A DNA stretch of 64,000 nucleotides, taken from positions 33,511 to 97,510 of the forward strand of contig ADNK01003348.1 in assembly GCA_000320545.1 (NCBI GenBank), given 5' to 3'. The notes beneath the pieces are model-generated. The model ran no database searches, was not told the DNA's origin, and was given only the letters and a program-made list of their open reading frames with translations. Source of the DNA: Bigelowiella natans CCMP2755. Lineage: Eukaryota; Protista; Cercozoa. Positions 39,170-54,100 of this stretch are shown piece after piece; the stretch's first letter is position 1, and the number at the start of each line of letters is the position of its first letter. A program made the position numbers and the translations under genes.

Positions 39170-41175
39170 CCTTTCTATATATTATTCGTGATTTTTTCTC
39201 ACTTTAATGAAGCCAAATTTTCTGTCCACATTCCATTTCAAGCACTTTCCCCTGACACGGAGAATTGGCTGCTGATTGACCATGCACAGATCCCGTGCCT
39301 GAGGCTATTGTTGTATGGGGGAGATAGGTGCGGCGTTCATTCGTCAGACTACAAGCGCGATAAAGCAAGCATCAAAGATGGTAATTTTTGTATCGAGGGA
39401 GGCAAAAACAGGTTTTGACATGCAGAGGGTAGCGTCCGTTGTAACACCGCAGAAGAACCAAAATTTAATCGACTAAGTAAAATGCCCCTCCCCAAGTTTT
39501 CCATTGCAGCTTTGTTGCGTTAGTACTACCCTTCCTTTGTTCCAGGCAAGAGTGAATTCCACCTGACAAAAGACAACATCATCATTGTCATTAAAGGCAT
39601 AATTTATAACTCATGCTTGATGGGAAAACGCACTGCAATTCACCTCTTCACCAGTACGCAAGCGAAACAATGGGTGTCGAAGGCTCCGAGCCATAACGAA
39701 AACATCCTAGGAATAATCAAAGAAAGCAAGATCGATGAAATCGGTGGGTGCTGGCACCAGAAAACCCAGTCGAAATCGGGTGAAACACTAACGCAATAAG
39801 GTCTCCAGCACTAAAAAAACGAGAAGATGATACTGACCCAACATAAAGACTTGTAGTCAAAAATGGAGAATGATCATTATTATCGTAACACTCACTTGTC
39901 CTTGGCATGCGGGGTCACGACAAATGATGAAACCTAAGTGAAAGAGTCGAGGGAAAAGTCAATTGAATCGCACTGCCACGGTGGAGGAGGAAACATAAAG
40001 ATCCACTTTCTTTTGTAAAACAAACTTTGAACTAAGCAAAGGCTTTCTGCTGCCTCTCCAGAAAGAAAAACAGATAACTTATAAATGTCCTCTCGTAAGG
40101 GAAAATAAATATAGCGAGAAAAGGAAAGTGTAGCAACGGCTTTAAGAAAAAGGCGAGCGGCAGAATAACAGTAACTATTTATGAGTTAGTGCTAGTAACA
40201 ATAAACACGAGCACCGATGCCAAGAAATACCAAAAAAATCAGCGACTGCTAGCTATGAAATTAATATGGAGTATGGAATTGATGACATCATCACTATCAT
40301 CACAATTGCCGTTATCATCATAAAGCTGTCATCATCATCATCATCATCGTCGTCATTATCGTCGTTTTAGATCATCAAATCGAAAATAATATTAAGTGGT
40401 ACCGACCGTTGTTGTTACTCATATACCAGGACTTGACTGTTCCTGTAACCCTTTGTTGACCATCTCCTCCCCTTCTCCCCCCCCCTCCCCTGCTTGCCCC
40501 CCCTCCGTCGATTATAGGCTGTAGTGGAACATCGGGTGGTGGGGGGGAGGGTGGTCCTCGATAACGCGTGAAGTGTGAAGGAGGCTCTTTTCTCTCATAA
40601 GCAATCCCACCTCGCGCCCCCCCGCTAGCCGCCCCATCATAACCACTACTGCCACTATTCCCACCTCTCATAGGGGGGGGGTGTCTTCCGTCACTGTAAC
40701 TACGGTAAATTATCGGAAAAGTTGGCGGTTTGGCCAGGCATTGTGAAGGAAGGACAAACGACAAAGAAAGCAGTCATTCAAACGTGAGAAGTAGTGAAGG
40801 AAAGAAAAGAAAAAAATCCACATGTAGCACAGCTGGAAGACACATGTTTATCTTTTAAAGATATAATGCTTTCTGTAAAGCCGAGAGGCGTGAATGAAAT
40901 TTCCTCAAGTAGTTAAACGATAAGGAAAAAAAGAATTGTCGGTATCATCCAATATTGAACAACTTTATGATTGTTTCACAGTATAGGGAATCGCTCGCGA
41001 ATAAGGCCAACATGCGCGCGCGCACACACATACACACACAGATAGATAGATAGATAGATAGCGAGAGAAAGAGAAAGGGAGAGAGGGAGAAGGAGAGGGA
41101 GAGAGATAATTTTACAAATATTTTTATAGAAAAATAAAGCCACCGATACATCAGCATAATTAACATTTACTCATT

Positions 41176-41219
<44 letters not shown>

Positions 41220-42006
41220 GCATCAACAACTGTCAGCAGAAGATAGCTAAACATCTAGATGATAAACCGAATCAAACAATAAAGATTATATCTCCTACCC
41301 GGGATCAGAACGACGAATCTTGTCAGTATATCCACCATCTCCACCACCGATGGGAGGTTCATAGGATAAATGTCCCCTCCCGTCCACTGCTGATCCCCCC
41401 CCTCCATAGAAATCAGAGGACGGTTGCCGTACACTCTCACGTGTGAGTGATTGGCCTGGGTTCAGCACTGGTAGAGAGTCCAACTGATAATGAAGATAAA
41501 CCACGCTGCTAAGTAATTTCTCAAAAATGAATATGATGGGAAGAAGGGAGGGCGCAAATGCAAGCTGCCTTAGACCACCTTAATCGCAAAATCCTTGAGA
41601 ATCTCCGAGGTGTCAACCACATCTTGAGTCGCTGCCCCATCGACAAACTGTATAAAGCGATGTTCAAGCATTAGCCAATAAGTAAGTAGTAACTGTAACT
41701 CATGTCAATTTGATCAGTATAGGATACATAATTTATCCGCTTTGCCCATACCCTCGCAACTGTCTCGAGTTTAGCATGAAGAATATCGATTTGTCTATGA
41801 AGCTGAGAAGATTGAGGATGATGTCTCTGTGTTGAGTAAGCGGGGGTTGTTCCTCCGGGGGGGGCTCGCTGTGTGGAGTAGGCGGGGGTTCCTCCTCCGA
41901 TGGGAGCTCCTCCACCCCCTCCCCGATGATGGTGAGACGTCTTTCGGCCTTTTGGGTGCCTGCCTGGCTCTCCGCCGTGTCCCCTTCCTCTGTGGATCCT
42001 TTTCAT
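38561..42006 (-). CDS. Protein with two cold-shock (OB-fold) domains and Gly/Pro/Gln-rich low-complexity arms; multi-exon
   Basis: CSD1: VTGTVKSW…GFIIC…DVFV…LRTGEEVEF…PQARD. CSD2: VRGKCLKWNVDRKFGFIK…NIFC…LDVGEEVEC…GKPQARDIV. 5' exons are less certain. Confidence 0.8.
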
Positions 42007-42282
42007 TGCTCGACTTTGCGAAGGATGTGGGGGGCGCAAAAATAAATATGTCTAAATTTCTTCTCAAATCCCGAAAAATTAACTCAAAGCGTTCAACCGT
42101 GACATGGTAAGGGGAAAACAGTGTGCGACATAGAAATATAGCGTATAGAGTCTCGTGTCGCTTATTACTTCGGATCGGGACGATTTTTTCCGATGAAGAA
42201 GAGCACACCGGTCATGATGGTTACCAGCAGCCGCATCAGCCCCATTAGTATTGCGGCTTAGCATTGCGGCCACGTATTGTTG

Positions 42283-42930
42283 ATGAGTAGCAACAACAGC
42301 ATTGCGTTTGAAGGGTTTCTTTATAAACGTGGATACTTCAACACTGCGTTCAAGAGGCGGTACTTCCGCTTGTGCGCGGAGAAGAAGGAACTCAGGCAAT
42401 AAGCGATCGATTTGTACATGCATGTTCATGTGCATGCACTTGCGTCTGAGCATTCGTTTTTTTTCCATGCGTGTTTGTTTGTGTTCAAACTTATTTCCTA
42501 TCCTTCGTTCGCCCCAGTCCATACCAGATTGGTAATTGTGGGATGTTGATGTGCAGGTATTTTGAGGAGGGCACAACGAATGGATCTTCTTGCAGAGGAT
42601 CCATCAACCTGATCGGAGCCACAGTTCTCCTGCACCCCGCCGATTATGTATTAAATGGGTATGTGTGCCAGATATGATGATGATGATGAAGATGATGATG
42701 ATGATGATGACAATGATGATGATGATGACGAGGAGGAGAAGGGAGAGGAGGAGCACTGAATGCAACTTGTTGATGAAGGGGAAAAAATATTTATCGCACA
42801 AAAATAGTCCCTCTTTCTTTGTTTCTTTGTTTTATGTGATATTTTTACCTATTCATGTTAATATTTATGCAGCTACTGCTATTGATGATGAAGATGTCCC
42901 CCCTCTCGCTTTCCCGGGAATCTCTCTCTT

Positions 42931-42990
<60 letters not shown>

Positions 42991-44720
42991 TGTGTGTTTT
43001 CTCTTTCTGTGAATCTTCTGTTGTCTTTGATGTGTGAAAAAGATTATGATCTAATATGCGGATCTAATTTGCAGCTTCAAGATCGCATGTGAAGACGTGT
43101 CGCGGACATATATACTCAAGGCGCCAAACAGAACACTCCTTCTGGTTGCCGCCGTGTACAATTGTTAGAATTATACAAACGAAGTATACGGGCATGTATG
43201 TACTAGCAACAGTCGCTGCTGGGCACATTCATTTTATCAAGGTTATTGTATAACTTATGCTAATAAATTGCCCCAGGAGTGGACGTCAGCATTGAAAAAA
43301 GTCCGAGGTGTTATTTTGCAAGATTTGACGACTCCCCCTGCACCTTCCATCCCAGCCCCTCAACCTCCGCCATCACAAAGGAAGATCTCGTCCATAGACG
43401 CACCAGACGAATTTGTGTGCCCCATCACATGCGAGCTGATGCATAATCCCGTGTCCATCGACAAGAAAGGACAATTCAACTTCGAGAGGGTGGCGATTGA
43501 GATGTAAGTGGGACGTGTGTGTCGTATGCTCAGAATGTGTGATTCGTCGCTATTTTTCAGTCATAGGAATGCAGAGGAGCTATGTCTCTTCATTTACCCT
43601 CTTCTGCCTTCTTTCGTCTTTTTAGCTTTATCATTGGTTATTATTATAATTTATCACTAGTATTCTTCACGCAAGCAGCAGAATTCATCCACCCAATCTA
43701 CTACTACTACTACTACTACTACTACTATTGGCACAGGTGGCTCGAGAAAGGCAGCGATCTGAACCCCCTGACAGGGCAGCCCATGCCCGGCCAATTACTG
43801 AAAAAGGAGGGGGGGGGCAAAGATAACCTCCAGCCGAACATGGAGCTCAAGGAGAAGATTGAGCGCTGGATCACGAAGATGCACCTGAAGCGCCTTGGAA
43901 TCTCCCGGAAAGACTTGTGGCGCAAGCTCTCGGCACGAGAAAAGGAACGGCGAGCGATGATGCAGCAGTCCTCCCTCGCGAAGGCCAAGAAGAGCGGGAA
44001 GCCAAAACCGGATGATGAGGGGGAGGGAAAGCAGGCAGAGAACGCTGTTATGATGACGGTGTGTTGATAGATGGCTATAGTTGTTGTAGTTGTTGTAGTT
44101 GTTGTTGTTGTTGTTGTTGGGGACCGTGAGCGGTGGTGGTAGTGGTAGTCGGATCTTCTTCCGATTTCGTTTGAGAGCAGCTTTGGATGATGTCTTTTCC
44201 AGACTTGCATGTACGTGTTGTGCTACATACGCACGCGCATACTCTTTCGCTGCCGCACCGTTCTACCTGATGATTTAGAACTACAAGTATCATGTGCAGG
44301 TCGGCGCAGAGATCTTCGTGGCAAAGGAGTCAAAAGGCACCGCACAATCAGAAGCAGTGCTTGTCGCCGAGTGGAGAATACCAAACTACAAGGATGCAAC
44401 AACGTACGTAAGTAGTAGAACATCATATCGAATTCACTTTGAAGACTAGATGGCCCGTTGTAACTCTCCTCTCTTTTTCTCTTATCCTTATCTTCTCTTT
44501 ACTTCTCTCAGTTACGATGTGATAGCTATCTGCAAGTCATCCGACTCCCCAACGGAAATGAGCTTATTCTACGCGCATAATCTAAGTGCAAACCCGACCG
44601 GGCAAGTCACCATACGACATCAACTTCCCACCGGCGGCGAGTATGTGCTGCGCTATATTGGTGCTAACAAGCAGGTATCTAAGAAGGGGGGGGGCTGTGG
44701 GAGTCAGTGTGTAAAAGTGT

Positions 44721-44753
<33 letters not shown>

Positions 44754-44776
44754 GAAATGCAGATATAATATATATA

Positions 44777-44814
<38 letters not shown>

Positions 44815-44965
44815 TTCGAGTAATATGCAAACTAATCATTATTTGGTCGTGCTTCTCACCCCTGCTTTCCACACATAGCAGCTTTTAGTATATAAGAGAA
44901 GTAGTTGAATAAGAATCCACTTATTCGGTTAGGTTTTGGCCCAGAGCAAACCGTTTACTACGTAG
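42283..44965 (+). CDS. PH domain + U-box (E3 ligase) + C-terminal SKICH/Ig-like domain protein; ~8 exons
   Basis: PH: FEGFLYKRGYFNTAFKRRYFRL…RGSINL…RTYILKA…EWTSAL. U-box: PDEFVCPITCELMHNPV…FERVAIE.WL…NPLTG…LQPNMELKEKIERW. C-terminus YDVIAI…GQVTI…LPTGGEYVLRY…VLAQSKPF*. Confidence 0.85.
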
Positions 44966-45920
44966 CAGTGTCAGTGTGTGCTTCAGAGTAAAGATGGGTT
45001 GAACTCAATACAGCTAGAAGAATGCACATCTCGGTGCACGGCCTAGGCCATAGAGTGTGTTGATAGTAGCGGACTATTTATGACTATTAGACTATCCTAC
45101 CTCTATTGCACTAATGGCAGTAAACCGATGTGCCTTAAAGCTGTGGCGGCCAAGCTATTATAATATGTGCATTGTGCTCCTCTGTGATTATTACGTATTG
45201 TGACTTGCGGGCATTGCTAGCTGTGCGACGTATGACGTGCGCACAAGGCATGTGCGCATAATGCCGATGCTTCCATCTAATACGTGCAATAAATTATTAG
45301 TAGCGTATACTAATGCGTAAGAAGCCATGCATCATGCCTATCGCATAGGCCACGCGCCTATAAGTAGAGAAATGTGAGTGATAATCGGCAGTCGATGCGC
45401 GGCGCAACACAACGATACAACGTCTTACATCTATTATCGTGACAATCATAATAATGTCACAGCGTGCGTGCGCAGCTGCTAACTAAGCACAAATTCACAT
45501 GCACGATGCTTCTTGTTAAGCATGTGGTGAGGCTATCTGCCAGCCACAGCTATATCACCACAATCTTAAACGCATACGCAAGAATAGGAATATATATATG
45601 CTTCGCTTATCATAATTACAACTACATCGATTGATGTGATTCACTAGCTAGTAGTACGTCAACAGATGTTATCCAACATACGTACGCTCTCCCCCGCTCG
45701 CATCATTATTTGATCATAGTTTGGAAATATTCTCTTACAGAGTGGACTTTATTGCGCCTAGTGTGCGTCCATCTGAGGGCTTCTACTTGACATGGATATG
45801 CAGCGTTACGCTGGTGAGTGTTTCGTTTGTTTATAGTTCCTCGCTATTTGCAACGAGAAATAGCTTTCTTTTTGTTGTTGTGAAGTAGCAGGAGATAGAT
45901 CGTTATTGTCACTGTACAGG

Positions 45921-45970
<50 letters not shown>

Positions 45971-46171
45971 AGAGAGAGGGAAAGGGCGGGGGGGCAGAGG
46001 AGGGGAGAGGTAAAAAGTAAACAGCTCTCTCGGAGAAAAGACTAGTATTCCCTCCTCAGCGCCATTTGTATATCGGCATCCTCCTGTGTTGTAGCATTGT
46101 TTCTACGTTCGGTATCTGTATCATGGCCACTCGACGATTGACTATCATCAGCATCAAGACGATGAACGACA

Positions 46172-46392
46172 TCATTGACTGCTGCCTTCATCTCCCCCTC
46201 CGCCTGGAAACAAATTAAATAAATAAGACTGGTCAGTCTTATTGTCTAACAAAGCTAATGTGACAGCAAGTGGGTGCAACCGTCTTCTCCTCCGCCTCCT
46301 CCTCGTTTGTCGCGCTTGCGTCTCTTCCTCTCACCACGACGTTTATTCTTCTCCCTGAATTACGAGGAATGAAGCTCACGGCGTGAGAATCG

Positions 46393-46446
<54 letters not shown>

Positions 46447-47246
46447 TGTCCCTCCCTACTAGATTTTCATCATTATCATCATCGTCGTTTTCATCGTCAT
46501 TACTACTACCGTTACTACCACTTCCACTCAACTACTACCTCTCAAAGTTCCGCAGCATCTCTTGCGCCATTAATCTATGCTGCTGGATTTTCCTGTTAAA
46601 TGGACGATGGTGAATACGCGAAAGAGGGGGCACAATGTACATCAGCAATGAGACCTTCCGCCTCATCGCTCCTACTTCTCTTGTGCGATGAGTTTGTGCG
46701 TATAATAGTGTGAGCAGGAATTTGATGTCTGTGGAGGATGATGATGGATGGTGATGCTAATGATGATGATATCTTACACAAGCTTTTTGAAGAAGTCCAA
46801 TCGAGTCTCGTGACCTGAAGAGTTAGTCGCGGAGAATACCAGAATAACGATTAGGGCGGGGGGGGGGGGGGGGGGGGGGCGTTTGGGGAAATATGAAACA
46901 TGGACGTCTACGTTCCAAGATGGTTGCTTGTGTGATGTATCATTGGACAAGAAATCTCTGATGTCATCATTCCATGCGATATTATATTTTCTTAATATAT
47001 GTAAATATGTTTATATTTATATATGTTTATAAAAGGCGTCAGCATTCTCCTCCCTGTACCTTTAAGTTGCAGCAGTCTCTGAAACGGATACGGCCCCCCT
47101 CCCATGGTCTTCGAGGTGTTGTTAAAATATAGAAGATACCAATCAAATCACGAGTGCGATTATCATGTTTAATCAGAGCACAGCAGCAGCACAACCACAG
47201 CCGTTCCAAATGACCCTCCCCATTATTATCACTGTTATCAGCATCA

Positions 47247-47277
<31 letters not shown>

Positions 47278-47385
47278 CATTATCATCATTACATCCGTAT
47301 CAGCTTGGAATCGTTGTGTAAGGATATTCAGCTCATCCTGGACAGGCTTTGGTAGCTCATCGAAGTTTACCTTTACATCATGATC

Positions 47386-47419
<34 letters not shown>

Positions 47420-47877
47420 CGATTACGTCGATGATGATGATGATCGCTATTATTGTTCTTCTTCTTATTGTTGTTTGTTGTTGTTTGTTTTTGTGCAGAG
47501 AGCAGCAGCGATGACGACACAATCGCGAATTAGTATCAGCAACCCGAATTGGCTCGTTGGTGACGGCTTTTCCGTTTTTTATGAAGTAGTTTTTGACGAC
47601 TTCTGTTATCTGTTCTTGAAGGATCTGACAATTATTGGAACAACAACGAACGACGCAGCGTAAGATTGCTGTTTTCAGTGTTTGTGGAGCCAACGGCTGA
47701 TCACAAGAGTATTGATTGAGAGCAGCCGCAGCAGTTTGAAGCAGGTCCTCCTCCTTGTTGTCGTTGTCCTACCTTCTCTTTCTGGATAGCCATTTGCGTC
47801 ATGTACGTTTTCCACAACCCAATTGCCCTCCAGAGACCATCACGATCCATTGACAGCTCCTAACCAACAGCAGAGCA

Positions 47878-47916
<39 letters not shown>

Positions 47917-48702
47917 AACACGTACACATAATCATGGTAAACGCCTGATCCTCCAGATCATCATCATCAGCAGCATCATCATCATCATCGTCGTCGTCGT
48001 CATCGTCCTCATCGGCAATATCGCTATTCCATTCATTTTCGCAGCAATAAAAGGAAGGAAGGAAGGAAAGGAAGGAGAGCCACCTTCACTACGTCCTGAT
48101 TGAAACGAACAGTCTCGTTGTATCTGAATGTAGAGAAATATCATCTTACTCCTGCTACGCTCTTCGCAGCAAAATCTTCTCCTCATCACCACCACCACCA
48201 TCATCATCACCATCATCATCATAATGCACACAGAAAGAGACGCAAGATGCTGCCATCCATCCATCCAACCATCCATCCAACCAACCCACCAACCGTGTTT
48301 GGAGCTCAACAAACTTCTCAAACATCTTTCGAGTAAGCTGCGCTTCATCGTGAAGGGGCGACAAGTCTTCTCGGTCATCGTTGTCGAGCAGCACCTCCAC
48401 TTCAGCCTTCATGCAATCATGCGAAGTACAAATCAGATCATGATGACAAGGCGAGGAGGGGAAGGGGGAATAGTATATTCATAGAGACCAAACCTGGAGA
48501 TACTTGGTGTTGTCTTTGAGAGCCTCAGGATTGAGTATGCGTAGGACACGAATGCGTTCGTTTATGGTGTGCGTCACCCTTATGTATTCAATTAATCGAT
48601 CAACCATTGTAGATAAAATTAAAGGAGGACAACCCAACCTCTAACACCTTCAATGTCCCACGTGTCTTTCCTCGTGCGTGATGTTTGTGTTGGTGTGTGT
48701 CT

Positions 48703-48734
<32 letters not shown>

Positions 48735-50427
48735 ATGCATTGCATCAACAACTGACGATGCGCGTTACCGATATTTGATCTGATCATTCGTTTGCTCTGA
48801 GACATCCTGAATGTCGTCTATATGAAGACATACACCATACCTGACAATGATATATAATGGTGATGAGGAGGATGATGATGATGATGATGATGATGATGGG
48901 GCTGATTTTCGATGTTGTTTCCATTAGACACGATATCAAGTTAGCTGCCAGTGCATTCGATCAACAACAACAAGACTTGTGGTTTTAAAGCAGGGAGGGG
49001 GACTTCAAGTGCAAGAACTGGCCCCACATACTCAGTGATCCTGCCGTTGTTCGTGAGAGCAACTGCAAATCTCTTTGATCCGTTATGCAAGATGTCGTTG
49101 TACATCTTTCGATATCGCTGCTCGAAGATATTCAGCACCTATGATGATTGTGATAATGATGATGATGATGATGACGATGATGATGATGCACGATATGAAG
49201 AAGAGGAAGACGAGGAGGAGGAGGAATTATGACAAAGATGAGAGAAGAAGAAGAGTAAAGAATTATGGGAAAGTAGTCGATTGAACTCATCGTTTCTAGA
49301 AACCTAATTGCTTTCACAGCCGGCAAGAAACCAGAACAAGAGCACACGACTACTACTACTACTGCTACTACTACTCACGTACTTCCTTGGATCCTGGCAG
49401 ATATACCACGGAAAGAGGAAACAGAGGCATTCGTACGATCTCCTTCACGGTCGCTACGATGTACGTAAATTGTTCACATGTGAGTACTTATCGAGGTGGT
49501 TTTCATAAAAATAGTAACTGACTAGTGCTTCTCTGATGAGATCGGGTGGTGTCGTCATCATCATCAAACATGGAAAATTATTGGCAAATATGGCGGATGG
49601 TGATGGAAAGTATCATCTGCCTGATCATGGACTATTTCATGGTCATATTCTGTTGGTTGAATGTCAGAAATATATACATGGTTGACTAAGCATATCCGAC
49701 TCCCCTGCGCTCTTTGCACTCTCAGGAACCCAGAGGATACCTTGATTAGTAAGTGGAGAGAGCAACCTCATCAGTCGTCTACTATTACATTCACGTGGTG
49801 GTTTTGGACCTTCATCTCCACGTTGGAAGTCGAAGACATCGAGTAAGGTTCCCCCAGCCAAAGGGTTTTCGGATGATGATGATGAATCAGGGGACGTGCG
49901 GACTTTGAGAATGTCGGTTCTGCTCCTTCGGTTGCATCTAAAAGATGAGGTTGATAAGGGTCAACATCACAGGGCCTGTCCTCTTTTTTATAAGGTATAA
50001 GAAGCAGTAATATAATCTGGTGTATTCGGAATATCCAAGATTGAAATACGATGTTGTTGGGATCAGAACGCACACATTACCCGCCATTAGCATTGAAAGG
50101 GGCTCCTCCGTTTTTCTCGTCAAAAAACGCTCCTAGCCGCCCGGCATCTTGTTGGATCATCGACGCTTGGGACACGGTGAGGTGTCGAGGCGCATTTCGA
50201 AACTTTTGGGATAACACAGCAGTAGTATGCTGGAAGAGCGGCGAACTTCGTCGGAACTCGTGTGGTGATGATGGAAGAGAAAAACTCCGGGCAGCAGCTG
50301 CTGTAGCGAATTTTAATGTGCTGCTTGGAGGCGATGCAGGTGTAACCAAGAACATAACGGCTGTTCCCAACATTAGGATTAGCAAGAACCCTGCCGCCGC
50401 CTTCTGCTGCGCATATTGACGAATCAT
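46172..50427 (-). CDS. LON peptidase N-terminal (substrate-binding, PUA-like) domain protein with bipartite signal+transit presequence; multi-exon, 3' end approximate
   Basis: LNIFEQRYRKMYNDILHNGSKRF, YGVCLHIDDIQDVSEQTNDQIKYIG, RILNPE. The N-terminal hydrophobic stretch GFLLILMLGTAVMFLV is followed by a Ser/Ala/Arg-rich region. Confidence 0.75.
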
Positions 50428-51194
50428 GACAGTTATTCTTGAGTTACTCAGAGCCTAGTCGTAGTCACGCAAACTTCGGCAAAAATGGTTTGAATCAAGT
50501 TCCAGCTTTTCCTGCATAATTTTATGTCATAATAACGTAAAGAGGGAATTGATTCTGTCTGCTAAACTTTAAGACCTGCTGCGAAAGTGGGCAGTAGCGA
50601 GAGGGACAGGGGGGTGGACAAGGCGGGAGCAACACCACCTCGAGTATCAAAGTGCGATTTGTCAGACGGAAGTTTCGTATCGTGTAGGAGAAGTCGTGGA
50701 TGAAGTTCGAGGATATTCAATATTTATTTAGACGCAAATATAAAATAGCCTACATTCAGGGCATTCATCTAATTCCGAATTCAATTTGCAAGGCTTGCGC
50801 TAGGAGAAGTGGGATTACCTTTTTCGTGGTGACATTTTCTACCATTTTCTAACATTATTTTGATGCAATCCCTCTTCATTTTCTCCTTGCGACAAACCTG
50901 TGGCGGGTTTTCTGGGAAAAAGGCTGATCTTTGCTTGAAAAACTCAGACTCAGGAGAGGATTGGATCCTCGTTTGTCTAAAGCTGCAAGAAAACCGGTTT
51001 TTTCTCGAAGGTGTGTGTACCCCTTGTCGCAATTCCAGAACGCCATCGTTTCTCCGCCTTATCCGGTTATGTTTCAAATTTTTTTAAATTTCATGCCCCC
51101 CCGAAAGCCAGACCATGACTATGGTCAGCATGGGGGTGACTAACTCGTGATTCAGTTGCTCCTGGATACGCCGAAGAAAATTGGCGGGATAAAT

Positions 51195-54100
51195 ATGGGA
51201 CTCTTGAGCGGTTTTTTGCTGAGGGTCTCTTGCTTGGTTGGGTTATTTTCATGCTCAACCATTATCAACTGTGATGCATACCAAATACACGAGCACCAGT
51301 ATCTCGCATCGACAAAATCGAGTCTTTCATTACGGTCTAAAATGAATTTGAAGATAGAAAATAATGCAAATAGCCTCGAGGTAGCAGTGGGAAACTACTC
51401 CAAAGGCTCTAAGCTGATGATGCTAGAAACTAATAGCAACGAGCAAGGCGGCTCAGCGTTTGACCAGAAAAGGCTGAGTGCAGATGTTGCGTTCCTCCTA
51501 CGGCAAAACGACGATCCAAACCATGTGTGTCGATGCAACAGTAACGGCTACTGCAGGGGTACCCAATGCGTCTGTCAGCTAGGTTGGGGGGGTTCGTCAT
51601 GCGAGATGGCACGCTGCCCGAACGACTGTTCAAACCGCGGGCAATGCATGCCAGATGCTAGCTGCAAGTGCGAACAGGGATATGGAGGAATAGACTGCTC
51701 GTATCGTGCCTGTCCAGATCCCACATGCTCTGGGCATGGGGTGTGCAGATCATCTGATGGCATATGCAGCTGCTATCCTGGTTTCACTGGTGAAGCATGC
51801 TCAGAGCTGGAAGAGACAGGGCTTGGCTGTCCTGATAACTGCAACAATCACGGAATCTGTAGGGATTCCAAGTGAGTACTCGATACCTTGCACTTACAAC
51901 GAAAAACGCTGCATTTGTAACCGTGATCTACTCGGCCACACCATTGGTGGTTGGATGTTTTGTTTTATGTTATGTACGTGTTCTCTGTTGTTGCGCTTGT
52001 TTTTTCTAGGTGCTACTGTGATTCTCCTTGGACTGGACGCACATGCAACCAGCGTATTTGTCCAGATAACTGCAACGGTAGGGGAAAGTGCCTGACCGAT
52101 ACTCATACGTGTGAGTGCGAAAGCCCTTGGCATGGGGATGGGTGTGAATTAAAGAGATGCCAGCCCAAGTGTCTCAATGGGGGAATATGCGACGGGTATA
52201 CTGGACGTTGCAAGTGCCGTGATGGTTGGTGGGGAGACGACTGCTCAAAGAAGTACTGTCCAAACGATTGTTCCTTTCATGGAAAGTGTATAGTTTACGA
52301 CGCAGATATGCGCCGCAAACCAACACTGAAAGCTGCCAATGGGTCAGCAACCGATTCGCTTCCTGCTCCGAAAGTAGCTCGATGTGCATGCGACAAGGGG
52401 TGGAAAGGGAAGGATTGCAGCGAGCCAGACTGTGGTCCCTTGTGGACTGGAGATCGGTGTGCTGATCGGAGATGCTGGGATGACTGCAATGGCCCTCAAC
52501 ATGGGTTTTGTAATACGAAGAGGAACTTCACGTGCGAGTGTGTCGACGGTACTATGCACTGCTGCTGCGGACGAGGAAAAGTGTTAGAATTCAAATGCGT
52601 GCGACAACAACTTTCTTTTTTTTCATATTGAAGTAAAGATACCATTTACCCTCCCCCCCTCCCCCCCCCCCCTTCAATATATATGTCGCCACATTTGAGA
52701 CGTTTGTCCCTGGTCTCGAGAATTAGATAAGGCAAAATACTTAAAGAACGATGTTCGTTGATAGGATGGGTCGGTAAGGCGTGTAATTTACGGCCATGTA
52801 TCGATAACTGCAATGGCCACGGCACCTGCCGAAACGGGACATGTCACTGTTCATCGTACTGGGATGGAGAAGCTTGCGAGGTTCTTAAACAATAAATATG
52901 CATTTGCTGTGATTCATCATCATCATCATCACCATCACCACCACCACCACATGCTTATCCATGTCTCTTCTTCTCTTTTCTGATTGTCACTTTGCTTCTT
53001 CAGATCCCCACGTGCCCCCTGTCATGCGGTAAGGGTGTTTGCACGATGACAATCTTACCAGGACCCAGCCGTTATCAGTCGAATCAAATTGAGCACTGGC
53101 GGCACCAACAGGATGCGGAAAAGAAAGCATCACTCATGCGCTTTGTAAGCCATGTCCGGTTTTCTACAAGGCGACAGCCGAAGGCAGCTGCAAATGGTTC
53201 CGAAGCTACACGCAATAAAGCTGTGAAGTCTTCCTTTTTGAATGAGTCCTTTCACCATAATCATGAGGGGACCAGCAGGATGGATGCAGCCGATGGTGAG
53301 CAAGCACCATTCTCACAATCACCACACGATCACTACTACCACCATCATCATAGTAGCGGAAGTGGTAATATATTGCAACATTTTTAAGGCAGCAAACATT
53401 TTCTCATAGTCCCCCCTCCCTCCCCTGAAAAATACCAGAAAACTCTTCCAGCGGCGTTGTTCCAATTCGAGCTCATCGCCCCCCTCCTCATCATTCCCAC
53501 CAAAAACGAGGAACAACCATGCAGAGTGCTGATGGAGGAGGTAGCAATAGCAGCAGTAGCAGCAGGGGAAGCATTATCGGGGAGCTCTCAACCCTTGCTA
53601 AGAACCTATCCAGGTACACATTAACATCATGGACTAGCAAGCTGCACACATTGTATGTTTATGCATCTTTCACTGAGAGCACAGAGCAAACGTGATTCCC
53701 TTTGTTTGGACGGTTCCTGACAAGAATAAATGATAGAACGTAAGCATAATTGCACTCGTAATGTTCTACTGCGTCGAATGACAGGTCCGTTGTTCCCGAG
53801 CTTCCTTCCCCTCCACCCCCCTCCTCCCCCATTCCATTTTCTACGACGGGGAGAACTTCTTCGGAGAGACCGCAACTGGGTGATTCTGATGAAAGCAGCA
53901 GCACCAATTCAACAAGCATGGCCTCAATGCCAATCATCCCTGCCTCTAACGGGATAGTTACCGAGAAAAACAGTAGCAGCACCACGAGAAGAAATGGAGG
54001 AAGAAGATCCATGGATCACGAGGAGAAACAAGCTAAAGAAGAGCCACCATTGACATTTGACACTGCAGTGTAATAAGCTTGTTGAAACGAATTTAGATCA

